Made by a program: the position numbers and the translations under genes. A stretch of 64,000 bases of DNA, taken from NCBI GenBank assembly GCA_036172245.1, contig JAYWIR010000037.1:806001-870000 (forward strand), read 5' to 3'. This document shows positions 14,101 to 26,220 of the stretch, piece after piece. How positions within the stretch are numbered: position 1 is the stretch's first letter; the number at the start of each line of letters is the position of its first letter. The notes beneath the pieces are model-generated. The model was not told where the DNA came from. It was given only the letters and a program-made list of their open reading frames with translations, and made no database searches. Source of the DNA: Raillietiella orientalis (lineage: Eukaryota).

Positions 14101-14689
14101 GCACTAACGCTGTTTTTTCGTTTCTTCCTACGAAGTTTTGCCACACAAGAGCTCGAGGACTGGGACGCTCTGGAGCGCTTGGTCCGCGGGTCGCGCTATC
14201 CGTCCCCCTTGCACCTGCTTCCGCACAGCTTCGGAGAGGGCGTGGCCAACAGGGCGTTTCTGTGTTTTCCCCAGACGTGCGGATGTACAGCGACTGGAGG
14301 GGCCCAAGGAGAGGGACGAGCACCGGGTCTGCAAGTCCTGGACGAGTTGTTTGCTCGAGGATCAGAGCCAGAAATTCTCGGCCCAGGTTGAGTTACGACT
14401 CCAGGTGGACCACCCGCACCCCTCCCTGCATGCGGAGGCACCTCCGGTGCACCGCTTCATGGCGCTGCTACTGCCGGCACACGCGCCTGCAAGCGGGAAA
14501 GAGGAACGCGCGTCTACACAAGCCTTTCACGCTGGAATTTTTTCCCTCCATTGCAGAGTTAAAGAGAAGAAGGAACCGGGAGAGGGAGGTGTTCTTTCTT
14601 CTGGTGCTCCAATGCGGGACTAGGTCTTTCGAAGGAGCTCGGCCCTTGAGCACTGATGAGGTTCTTACCTGGTTCCTGCAGGACGTTTA

Positions 14690-15360
14690 TTTAGAAAAAA
14701 AAATAGAAGCTACAAGTAAGAGGGGAGGAGTCCCCCTCGAAAACAAAAAATGCCAAGAAAAAAAAAAGTTTCTTTGGATTGACCACCGGCAATCAGGCCG
14801 GCTTCCAAAAAGTTGGGAACGGAGGGGGGGGGACAATAAACAAAGAAGAAAAAAAAAATAGGAAGGTTGGGGCAAAAGTCATTGGTTAAAGGCGTTCCTT
14901 TCCTTCCAGAAGCAGCTCTGAGTGGTGGCGATGTTCCTAGAGAGTTCTGGAAGATGAGGCCACCTTTCTACTGCCTTCATGAGGGCTGCTTCCATGCTGG
15001 TAGCCTCTTCTCGCAGCAAACTCGCTTCTAGCAAGTGGCGGACTGTTTACGATGGCGCGGATGCAACAGACTGTTGCATACAGCACCTCGTAGATCGGAC
15101 GTACATCTGCGCGCTCCGCAAGGTGAGTAATCTGCGAAATGTTTGATAGTGTTTGGCGGCTGCCCGATGGTCTTGGAGCCTAACGGGCCAGTTGCAACCT
15201 CCCTCGGAGGCGGAGCGGAAGCCTCACGACTCTGGGAGATGGAGGGGGACGCTGTCCCTTCCACGAAAGGATCGTATTCCCCCAGCCAGAAGACCTGGAG
15301 TATGGTGATGCGGCGCCCTTGCCTGCGGCTGCTGCCGAAGCGCAGGCCTACCACGTCTCA
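14690..15360 (-). mobile_element. LINE ORF2 C-terminus and T-rich 3'UTR
   Basis: AALMKAVERWPHLPE end motif; ATVCC-type helix similar to the 17300 copy; T-rich tail on the minus strand. Confidence 0.65.
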
Positions 15361-15369
15361 GGCTATCAT

Positions 15370-17000
15370 CCATGCCTGAGATATAAGGTAGGTCCTTCTT
15401 ATGGCCCTGCGGTCACGCGCTCCTTCTCGGAGGAACTGCAACGATTGCAAATCAAACAGAAGAGCTTTGTGCGCTCTCCGTTCTGACCGGGGGAAGGGTC
15501 TTTGAGGTGGCTTGCAAGGACGCGAGCCTGGTCCAGTGACTATTGCGAGCTCCGATAGTGATCGGAGGATGCTAGCTCTTTCCTGTAACAGAGGACCGCT
15601 CCCTGATCGTGCACCTCACCGGCATTACTGTAAGGACGACCAGGGAGGCGATCCACCGGAAATTGAAGGAGTTCGTGACGGTGCACGCACTGTGGGCGAA
15701 GCCCTGCGTCTTCCCTGCACACCAGAGACCAATAGGTCTAATCAGTGGCCTCGCAGCGGCGCGCATTACCGTCCGCGAAGAAGGAACGCTACCCCACAGA
15801 TTGGACGTCGACGGGTTCCTTGTCGACTTCTCGTGCGAGGGGAAGCCCCTTGTGTGCGCCCACTGTGGCAAGTCGCAGCATCGGAAGAGGGGGTGCCCCG
15901 ACATCGAGTGCTACCGTTGCGGCGCGAAGGGAACATCCAGTTCGTGTGCCCCTCTTACGGCCACCATCCGGTCAAATATGTGTCGGCCACAAAAAAAAAA
16001 GAAAAAAAAGAGCAAAAATAAAAAAATAAGAAAAACCGAGCGCTTGCAGCCGATTCCGCATCGAAGGCGATTCCGGAAGGTGACCCACAACCATCGCACC
16101 TGCACCTGCGGCAAGCAGCCATGTAGAAGCCGAGGAGGGGGGAGAGGAACCAGGCTGGGTGCAGACCACCTACCAGGAGAAAAAAAAATGGAAAAAAAAA
16201 TGGGAAGAAATCGCCGATCGCTCGCGAAAATAAAAAACTTGGAAGTTCACCGTCCTCAGCGCACCGTCCCACCTCCTACGGAGAGTGACAAGGTCGCACC
16301 ACCCGTGACCGAGAGCACGGTAGACGGGACCTGCAACATGCAGGTCGTCAAGGACTTCGACGGCGCACCACAAGCGGCGCCTAGCAGCAACCCTGCAAGC
16401 CAACTTCCCTCCAACCTCTGGAAAGAGCCCCAGCGTCATGACGCGCGCGGCCGCGAGAGCCGCTCGGGACGCTATACGCTGACCCACCGCGAAAGAATCG
16501 CACTGCCCGACCTCCGAGGTAGAGGCAAACGCGGAACCAGCGCCTCCCGTACAGGGACCACGCCACACGTCCGCGCGCCATGCCGAAGCGGTCCACAAGG
16601 AAGTATCCCTTCAAGGGAAGAACGACGCTGGTTCTGACAGAGAAGATGGAGGAAGGCTCACGGGACTCCTCTGTGGAGACAGTCCTGCCCTTCCCACCGC
16701 AAGGTGAGGAGGGCATAGGGTGTGCCGGGGAAGTCCGAGAAATGCCTTCCCCCAACGAGAATGCGCCCCTGCAAACCAGAAAGGAGCCGCATTGCCAGAT
16801 TCCCAATAGTAATACGCGGAGTTGGTCCTCCCGTAGCTTGCGCGTGGTCGTTTGGAACGTGAACGGCCTGCACGGCGTCGGAAAAGGACGCGACAAAGTC
16901 CACGCCCTATGAAACTTCGACTTGGCGCACCTCCAAGAGATCCACGTGATCTCGGACGATGATGTAGCCGACTTCGCACGGATCGCGAGCGGAAAGCTGC
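15370..17000 (+). mobile_element. Tx1/L1-like element 5' part: ORF1 (RRM-like region and two zinc knuckles) plus start of ORF2 APE
   Basis: ORF 15609-16637: LPHRLDVDGFLVDFSCEGKPLV-CAHCGKSQHRKRGC-PDIE-CYRCGAKG; then LRVVVWNVNGL...AHLQEIH (APE N-terminus); frameshifts and a stop present. Confidence 0.85.
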
Positions 17001-17002
17001 TG

Positions 17003-17900
17003 TTTCCGACCCGGGTGCGCCGAGGCTTTTATTGCTAAACTATCCGGGAACAGGGTTCCCGGACAAAGGACACGGATAAACGAAGGGAGGGCTCCCCAAC
17101 ACGCAAGTCGGTAAATCCGAAAGTCCGGAACGGGAGGAAAGGGACCACAAATACACGTATAAACAATATAAATAAAGATATGGGGGGGTGTAGGGGACAG
17201 GGGTCTTTGGTGTCGGGCGTTCCTTTCTTTTAAAACCTTTTTACCATGTTCTCGTCGGCTATTCAGGTGGCCTGTCGACGAATCGCCTGCTTCTCCAGCT
17301 CTCGGTTGGTCTTGTCAATGGCGCGGGTGCAACAGACCGTTGCGATGACAGCACCCGCCTGCCGTGAAGAAGCAGCGCATCGAGTCTCTTGCGGTGTCCC
17401 CCTGGTCCTGGAGAGCTGAGGCCAGCCTCCGCCACAGTCCTTGGAGGACACTGCAGTCCAAGAGCAGGTGCGGGAGCGTTTCCACTTTCCTGCACCGTTT
17501 ACAGTTCGGGGAGACAACTCCCCCGGAAACACGGTTCGTCCGATGGCTGGAGTGAACACCTCAATGCACCAGCATGATGACGTCCTGCTTCCAAGAAAGG
17601 GGGAACACAGAAGTGTTCAAACAGGAGAGAGGGACCACAAATTCTTCGGGGGGCACACTCAAATGTTCGCTCCACCGAAGGAGTCCCTTCGGGATGATGC
17701 GAGGCGTGGCAGCGTCTGCCAGCTCGCAAGTCCTCCAGCCGCCCATGGGTCGGGTTGCTCCTGCGATAGTGCAGGCGACCTCCCACCTCGCCGGTAGGCA
17801 GCTGTCATCACTTGCCCTGAGGGCTGACAGCGCTTCGGCGAGGGGCGTGACGGCCAGGCGAGTCCACTTCTCCTGGTTGCTCATCACCCTCCTCCACTGT
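17003..17900 (-). mobile_element. 5'-truncated LINE 3' end (zf-RVT, C-terminus, 3'UTR, terminal hairpin)
   Basis: PLAEALSALRASDDSCLPARWEV...FPLSWKQ...ETLPHLLLDC; AATAAA (17028-17033 rc) plus hairpin; near-identical to 32445-33020. Confidence 0.85.
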
Positions 17901-18630
17901 ACAGTAAGGAGAGAGGTTGACGCAACGGAGTTCCAAACGGGAAACATCCTGTTGGCTTGCCCGGGCGGAAAGCTGCATTGGCGGTGTGGCACTCGTAAAT
18001 CGACCCGGAGAGAGGTGGCCTTCCTGATGGAGCCAGCCACCATGCGTACTATGCATAGCGTACGATTCGAAGCAGAAGGTCGGGTCGGCCAGCTTGTGCT
18101 CAAGTGGTCCGACTCGATCGACCTCGTCGTTACCAATGTCTATGCGCCGAGCGGCTCCCACCTGCACAGAGTACGCAAAGACTTTTTCGGCTCCCTGCAG
18201 CTCAGATGGCTGGCTGACTCAGGTGTATGCAAGGCTCACCTGATTGCAGGAGATTTCGACATGCGCCTGCTTTCAGACGGGAACATCGCCGAACTCCACC
18301 ACGTCAAGGAGCTGTGCGCGCGCGCAACTTGTTTGACGGCGACCGGAGGGTGGAAAACAGCATGGACCACGTCTTCTTCGACGAGCACCTGTACGCGCGG
18401 TTGGGTCGCCAGGACAGGATGCTGTCGAAGCTGTCGGATCATCCCCGAATTGAGTTCGAAATGCTGCCACGCCAGAAAGGCTCCCCGTCCTCCGCGTGGA
18501 GTATACCGGGAGACTGTATGCATCTCCCCGAGGCCGTGGAGCACCTCCGTGGCTTCCTACGAGAAACAGCAGTGCAGAGACTCGACTTCCACCCGGGTGC
18601 ACCGGGGCATTTATTCTTTCGGATAAAACA
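17900..18630 (+). mobile_element. LINE APE endonuclease domain (pseudogenised)
   Basis: EGRVGQLVLKW...VVTNVYAPSG...HLIAGDFDM...SKLSDHPRIEF...AWSIP. Confidence 0.85.
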
Positions 18631-18639
18631 TTTGGAGAA

Positions 18640-19560
18640 TCTGTGGCTGAACCAGTGATCCAGCCACGCGCTAGATGTACAAAGTTCGGTTCACCGGTTC
18701 TCAGACCGGTACTGTCCACCTCGGCAGCAGAGGGGAGGGGGGTATAAACAAAAAGAAAAACAAAAGTCGAAAATAAATAAAAGAACTGGGGAGGGCGCGG
18801 GAAGGGATCATAGTCTGCTGGGGGGTCCGTCACATCCTCTAGAGGATGTCGACAAGCTCTTCCTGAATGTTCACTTCTAGGTGAGGTCATCGCGTCACCC
18901 TCCTGACGAATTGGACAGCGAAATGGATGGCACCCCTGTCTCTGGGTCCTCCCGTTGCTTTACTCCAGGCTGCGACGATCCTGCTTAGGCAGTACAAGGC
19001 TGCAAGGGAGGTCGCTGGCCGATGCGCATCTCAAACGAAGAGGGGTTTTATAACGTCCATGGAGTTGCCTCCGGGGGTTCCCAGGGTCGCGGCAAAGCGT
19101 TTCCAGAGGGACCGGAGTTCAAAACAGTTCACTAACAGGTGGGGAGAGGATTCTCTTCCCCCGCACGTAACAAAATTGGGATGCACACACCCCCGCGTCC
19201 AGTGATGACGGCGGGTGTAGCACGGGAGACCCCAGTGCAACAACAGAAGCGCTGACGCCTGCCCCTTCAAAGGGAGAGTGCTTGAATCTTTCAGTACTAG
19301 GGCCACTTTGGGTATTCCATCGGGATGCCAAGCAGCTCGCCCCATCGCTTCAATCCTCGTGGAAGGATGCCCGGGTCGTGGCCTCCGCCAGCTGTCCCAT
19401 GGTCCAACCGCTCATCAACTTCTCTCTGCCTGCGATCCGGCAGGAGACCTGCCACCTCGGCGTCCGGCTGCTGACTAGTGCCCTTCTTAGGAAGGACATC
19501 GACGTGGGGAGAGAGGTCGTCTCCTCCCGCGTGCTCCTGGCGGGACAGCCTACCCATCAG
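18640..19560 (-). mobile_element. LINE 3' fragment with zf-RVT and structured 3'UTR
   Basis: ALLLLHWGLPCYTRRHHWTRGCVHPNFVTCGGRESSPHLLVNC; PHLEV end motif; CTGCCG domain and GTGGCTGGA/TTCAGCCAC hairpin. Confidence 0.8.
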
Positions 19561-19599
19561 ACACTTCCTTCATTGCATCGGTATCCTCCGCTGTCGGGG

Positions 19600-20400
19600 T
19601 ACATGGCACCTGCCTAACGGCGAAATGGGAGGTTTTCTGCGAGATCTCGGCCCGAAGGAAGCCTATGGATGGTTGGACTCCTCGTGAGCTGGCTGACGCG
19701 GCAACAGCAAGAACCATCTCCAAAGGACAGGAACGTTGGGGCGAACTCTTCTCCATTCAGCCCGAAAAGGTGGAAGTGTATCCGGTATTTATGAACAGGA
19801 AGCTGCTTCCCTTCAATAAGCAGCAATAGGCGCTGCTGGTACTGCACTGGGGTCTCCCGTGCAATGCGCGCCGGCATCACTGGACGAGGGAAAGCGCATC
19901 GCGGAACTGTACCAGGTGTGGCGAGAAGGAGACCTTCTCCTAACTATTATTGCAGTGCATCACCCTCCGGGGCTTGTGAGACGTTTCGCTGAGTCCCTTC
20001 CTCACCCTGTGGACGATTCCAGAGATTTTTTGAGACCCCTCTTCGTACGGGACGCCATGACGACCGCAGCCTCAATCGCAACTCTGTGCTGCTTGCGCGG
20101 TGTTGTCGCTGCGTAGTGCGACGCCGAGAGAGGCTGGAGCAACGGGGAGCTGCCCTAAAGGCCATCCACTTCCTGCAGATAGCTTTGAGGTGGCCCCACC
20201 TGGAAAGGGAGAAGGAGAAGCTCGCCGGCATCCTCCAGCGGATGCAGACGCCTCACCTACCACAAAATGTGATCCCTTCCCTTTCCCCCAACCGATCTTT
20301 TTTTTTGTGAGTTTTTATTGTTTGTTGTAGTCTGTTTCTTTTTTTTTTCTTTCTCTAGTTTTGTTTTATGCCTCTTCTTCTTCGTGGACGTGATGGACTT
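19600..20400 (+). mobile_element. LINE 3' fragment with zf-RVT
   Basis: LHWGLPCNARRHHWTR...NCTRCGEKET; LFVRDAMTTAASIATLCCLRG; ALRWPHLEREKEKLAGILQRMQTP; T tract. Confidence 0.85.
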
Positions 20401-21849
20401 TGCTGGTCTCCCCTTAGTTTTAGTGTAATAACTGGGATCAGTGAGCCTTTTGGCTTCATTGATCTTGTTACTTTGAACGGGTCTGGCTTCATCTGCAGCA
20501 TCGTGTTCTAGAAAGCCACAGAGCAGCATTTGCTGCTCTGTGGCTTTGCGAAACCGACCTGAGAATGAGGATAGACAGCGGCTGGAAACTTCGGCTGTCT
20601 TAAAAACCGAGGCTGACCAGCGAAAGCACTCGATCGCATCAGCGAAGAACGCCTTCTGGAGCTCCTGGAACGCCTCAGCCTCCAGACATGCCTGCTAGCC
20701 TGTTTTCGCGCTCTTTCCAACGCATCGCGTTGCTTTTTTTTCAGCGGCCGCCATGTCGGGGCGTTTATCGTTAAAAGTACAAATTCCAACAATACCCATT
20801 CCATAAAGCCCGCAGTGGCACCACTGGCGCATGTTTCAGAGGAGCACTCCTCCGCTGGTAGCAGTCGTTGGAAGAGATCCGCGCAAAGATAGTAGGGGGA
20901 AATGAACAAAAAAATAAATAAATATTAAAGAAGAAAAGTACTAGAGTGTTTGGGGGGGGGGGGTTGTCCCTCAGGCGCTCTCGTGTCACCGCGACCCCTA
21001 GGAACGAGAAGACGGAGAAGATGGTGGCTTCTCGGTTATTTCGGTCTCTGTCGCTGGGGCTTCCAGACTCCACGATTCCGCGGACGCAGCACAAGAACCG
21101 CGATCGCCGCTACAGGAAGCATCCTGCCGCTCGAGAAGGGGCGTCTGAATAATTCCCTCGGATGGTCTTCTGGGAACCTCAGGGACGTGGCCAAACATCC
21201 CCACGAACACCGGATTGCAACACGATTCAAAAGCAGATGTGGCGGGGTTTCCTTTCCTTCGCACCTGTCATACTATGGGGTCACACTACCTCGGGTCCAG
21301 TGGTGGAGGCTGAGTTGCACTCGATGGCCTAATGCAGGAGTCTTACCGCCGAGTCTTGCCACTTCAGGAGAAACACGGAGCTGTCCAAGAACACCACGGG
21401 GATCTCCACTTCCCCCAACGGAATTTCTGGAGATTCACTCTGAGGAGAAGTCGCTGGAAAGTGTGGCGGGGATGGAAGCCTCAGTCAGCTGACGCTTCAT
21501 CCAGCACCTCAAATTTATCTTTTTTTCCTGCGATATCACAGTTCATTTTTCATCTGGCGGACGGATAACTCTCCTGGTATCCCTAAGGGACGACAACGTC
21601 GTAGCAACGGGATTTGCTGAGCATACAGGGTCTTCCTCGAGCATGCCACTGATTTTCGCCCACGCCTGAACTCTAGGATTTTATTTCCTATTTCCAGACA
21701 CCACAGTTCGTCGGCATGTGTACGGCGTGCCCATGCTCAGAGGCCTCAGAGCTTAACAGTGCTTTCAGCATCTTCTTTAAGTTGGTGCCTAGAGCGTACA
21801 GCAGACGCTGACTAAATTGCCGCCCTCCTGACCTGGCACGCCTAAAGTG

Positions 21850-23400
21850 GAATCCTACGCGATCGGTCTGCTCTTTCTGTTGCCCGTTGCCATCCTGACA
21901 GAGTCACTCGAGGACTTCTTCAAGCTGATTCTCCAGGAAATGAGCATGTGCAAGAACAGGACGAAGTCAGTCCGTGGTCATCCCTGTGGGAAGAGAAGTC
22001 TGGGATGGATTCACCTGGAGATCCCCACGTACAGGTACCTCAAGTACCTTGGAGTACCCATGGACGACTTCTGAGGGGCAAAAGCGTGCCTCGACTGCTT
22101 TGAAAAGGCTGAGGGGACTTTTCGCCCGTTCCTTGGTGGTGAGTTTCTCTTTCCAGAGTGCGCCACCTTCTGTAATACTTTTCCTGTCTCTCTTATTCGG
22201 CTCCTGGTTTTGGTTTGCCCACTCCCCTATTCGGCAAAGCTTTGGGTGTAATGCCTGATGAGGAAAGCTTCGTGGGAACCTGTATGGTCCAGGACCCTCT
22301 TTAAGGATCTGCTGGCAACGTGTTGAGAGCTGTGCCTTGTCCTCCGGACATTGGAAAAAATAGGACTGCGAGCTCAGTTTAGAATACGAACCCTTATGGC
22401 TAGATTGTGGACCGAAACTGGTGTGTTGCCAGGGCATCTCGTCCATGCAGTGGACGACGAAACAGAGATATCCACGCTGTCGCATGGCCGCAACGAGATG
22501 AGCCACTCCAGCTATCTGTCGAGGAGAATGGCCTCGTAGCTCAAGAAGCAGCCATGGAGGCAGCATCAGCTCCTGCCACGCTGCAATCTTTGGCGCTTGA
22601 CGCGAGCAGGCAGTACGCACCTGGGAAAGGCTCACAGAAGTGCACCCGGAGCATCTTCGTCCCCTGTGTAGCCCCGTGGAAGCAGCTACTGAGAATATCA
22701 TGCGAGAGTGGTCCAAGTGGTCCCAAACATCCCTGACTCCCCTTTCCGCAGCGCTGTCTGCCCTTCGGGTGCAGGCAGGGTAGGTGGTCTCCCGCACCAT
22801 CGCAGGAGTGGAGAAGCTCCTGCAAGGACAGTCAACAGCTGGTCGGTGCCCGGAGAAGGGACTGCTCTTTGGGGTCGAACTCATGATAAGTGTGTTCCCA
22901 GCAAAACCCAAGATGGGCACACGCTTCGGTACTTTCCCTCGTGAGGTGGGAAGAACTGGCGCTCCTCGGCTTTGCAGTGCAGCGAACGCCGACTCCTTGT
23001 ATCCGGAGGGAGGATCGTTCAAACAGTTCCAGGTCGATCTATTCGTTCCCACACCTGCTGGACTGCGGTGTCCCTCGTGATAGATTCGGTAGACAGCACT
23101 TGGGCATCCGGAGGATACCACACGGAATTGCCGCAACGCTTCTTTGTGCGAGGTGAACCATCGACTGCCGCCGGCATTGCAGCGCCATCTTCGCTGCGTG
23201 CGAGGCATGGCCCCTGCCCGAACCACCCTGGAGGCCGAACTCAACGGTAAAGGCTGTGATGAGGCGATTTCTCCTGAATTCGGAAGTCGCTCGGGAAATG
23301 GGCAGCATCCCGTGCAGGCTGTGAAGGACTGCACGAACAGCCAGACCAAAGACCCCCCGTCGTCTTTCTCCATTTTTTTTCTCGATTTACTTTTTCTCCA
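21850..23400 (+). mobile_element. LINE ORF2 thumb to C-terminal fragment (the 527-aa minus ORF is its antisense shadow)
   Basis: RYLKYLGVPMDD at ~22030; WSKWSQTSLTPLSAALSALR at ~22720, matching other copies. Confidence 0.7.
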
Positions 23401-24189
23401 TCCTGCTCTTGCCCATGGAACCATACGATCTGCAAGTTGGCGACCCCTCCCAAATGAAGTTCCCTTCGCATGTAGCAGGAGCCCAGTTCCCACCACGCAT
23501 CTTGATTTTCCCAAAACGAACGTCCCAACGTGAGCAGGAAAAAAATGCAACTGTCTGCGTCAAGCAACCTTCTTGTTCCTCACGCGTTGGCATGGTTTCT
23601 GAAACGTACCGCCCTGCTGTCTCAGCACTGCACGTGGGCTCATTTGATAGATTTGCAGAGCCTACAAAGTTCGGACTGTCCGACATAACACAGAGCGACG
23701 ATTTCGCCATAGATGTGTGGTTCCTGCGGGATGTCCGCCCTTCCTAGAGTTCAGACCACTCCACTGAATACTTTGGAAGCGAAGTGGCGCTTGATTCCCT
23801 CCTCCCTCGTTCTTCCTTTTCCAGATTGTGTGAACAATGTCGAACTTGGACGGTTCCGCCACCACGGCGTGTTTGGACACGCCGACGATGATGGACACTC
23901 CCCATAAATGGATCACCGTGGACTCATCCCTGAGGTAAGAAGAACTTTGCTCCCCTTCGCGCTTATCAGCCCACCGCCTACTTACTGGTAATTAGGCGGT
24001 GTGCCGAACTCTGCGTCTGAGCAACGTGACTACACGCCCTTGGCACTGCCGAGTGAAGCTAGTGGCCTGGAGGTCACACGAGCGCCCTACGGCACATTGG
24101 TTTTCCCCAGCCCGACTCGCGCTGAGACAGACTCATGAATTCAAACCAAACAAGCGAACAATTTTCTTTTGTCGAGGCAGCGGTAAAGG

Positions 24190-25300
24190 GGTTTCACGGC
24201 CACCGAAAACGGTTCCATTGTTCCTGAGGGACGCATGTTTGCCAGGCATATGGTTGCAGGGACCTCAAGCGCTGTAGTTTGAGGTGTTTTGACGGGCCTT
24301 GCATGAAGGGAATTGTCCACTTCTCGAATTTTCCGATGAGCCTGTTCAAGAAAGAAATTGGAATCTCAGCGTGGGGACTCCACCACACAGATTCTGGTTT
24401 CTTTGTTGAACAGATCCATCGGGTCTTCGCTGTCACTGACGCTCCCCTCCACAGCTTGATCCCTCAGGTGAGAATGCTGCGGATGAATGAGGTTGCTAGG
24501 ATGCCACCCTCAACGTAAGTTTGCACGAGCGGACGATTCCTCCTCTCCATCTTGTACTGAGCAAGGACTGCACTGCCTGATCACCTTTCCATCCCTGACT
24601 TCGCAAGATCATCTTCGGGGCTCCCGCACGCCGGGGTTCCGGTCCAGCATCGGATTCAGATCGCCACGACAACTTCGGACGGCTGTTTGGATCTCCATAG
24701 GACGGCCCCGATGACTCTTTGGCTTAGAGCAGGTTCATGGCCTCCTCTACGGTGGCACGTATCTGTGCGCGGGTCTTCTAGTGCTCAGAGCCCGTGAGCT
24801 CCCGGTGCTACCAGAGTTCGGCGGGTTCGGCTTACGAGTCTCCCCTCTGCATCAAGCGTTCGTTCCGAGCTCAAGATCCCTGGAACCAGATTGCTTTGAT
24901 CGATGTTACCGCCGTTTCCCTGAGCAGTCGGCACGACACCTTCTTGCCGGCGGAGAGTTGCTCATAGTCTCTGACGATGAGTCTTTTCCTCCGGAGCGAC
25001 TTTTCGGTGGTCCATGGACGAGAGCTTAAGAAACGACACCTTGAAACTCTTTGGCAGACTCCACGCAGGCCGAATTTGTCGCAACTATTCCCTAACTCAC
25101 TCCACACCGGTCCCGGATTCCAAATCCATGTGTGGTTGATTGTTGGCCAAAGAGGCCGCAGCCGCCTCCAGCGCCAAGCTGCTCCAGAGAAATCCTGCGG
25201 GATGAAGCCGTAACGTGAAGGGGAGAATGTGACCGAACTCTCGGGGGTTTCTCGATGAGTTCCCATGCTACCCAACATGAGGGTATGGAACGACACTCTC
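24190..25300 (-). mobile_element. Degenerate LINE RT fragment
   Basis: SPSRYGFIPQDF...W (cf. SPGPDG.P.EF), VRDG.VIRQCSPCS (cf. GVRQG.PLS), thumb-like segment downstream. Confidence 0.5.
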
Positions 25301-25769
25301 TTGACCGTCCTTGTCTTTGGAGAGCGTCTGCTTCATAGAGATGGTTTTGGATTGGATAGGTGTTTGAGGATCTGAAAGGGTTACGTGCTGTGAATCCAGG
25401 ACTCAACAGTAATAGAAATGGAAATGATGGTTGTATTATGGTCTTAGGATCGTGAGGATTCTGTGCGAATAGGAGAGATATTGTCCCCATGAGATTATTG
25501 AGATTGGAGATGATAGTGTTGGGAAGGTAAGATGTTAGGATGCCGGTTTCTTTTTCGACGGAGCCAGGCGGAAGGGAGAATGAATTTTGACGGTGTCTAA
25601 GATACGTGAAGGGGCTATAGGATTACATTTGACTGTGCTAGTCAGGCGAGATGATGGTGGACATTATTCTCGGTCTGTAAGTGCTCTTCTACGTTGAGGT
25701 TAATGGTATGTTTTTGTTATTCATGACGATTGGGGTATGAGGTGAGGGATGATGTGTTTTCGTGAACGA

Positions 25770-26220
25770 TGAGGTGGTTGAACGAGGAACAGTGTTTGGG
25801 ATGGGGGAAGATGGTCGTAGCATTGCAGAGGCAAAGTGGATGGTTTGGAGTTTTGCGCGAAACAATTCTCCTCATCTGTAGAGAGACCACCGGGGTGGCA
25901 GCAGCCGCCTACGTGAGGACAATTGCAAGGTGGCCTCACCTAGAGGGAGAAGTGGAGACGAAGATCTCCGGCATCCAGCGCCGGTTATGAAATGAAGGAA
26001 CGACCTAAACCATCATGAACGACCTCATCATCCACCCTTGTCCCCAGAATCCCTTAGTTTTCATTTTTTTTTAATTTTTTTCCTCATTTCCCACCCCATT
26101 TCGCTTTGGGTCTTCCACGGGTTTTTATTTATTTATCCTGATGTATACGGAGCAACACCAAAGACCCTTTTGTCCATCCTTTTCGTAATTCTTCATGTGT
26201 TTGTTTTTTTTGTTGACCCT
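25770..26220 (+). mobile_element. LINE ORF2 C-terminus and T-rich 3'UTR
   Basis: YVRTIARWPHLEGEVETKISGIQRRL followed by T tracts. Confidence 0.7.

Noticed and set aside
15370..18630. A single element interrupted by the 17003-17900 insertion
   Set aside because: The APE pieces on each side overlap in homologous residues and no TSD is visible, so they look like different copies
21967..23550. 527-aa minus-strand ORF as a gene
   Set aside because: LINE ORF2 motifs lie on the opposite strand; the ORF is a GC-rich antisense shadow
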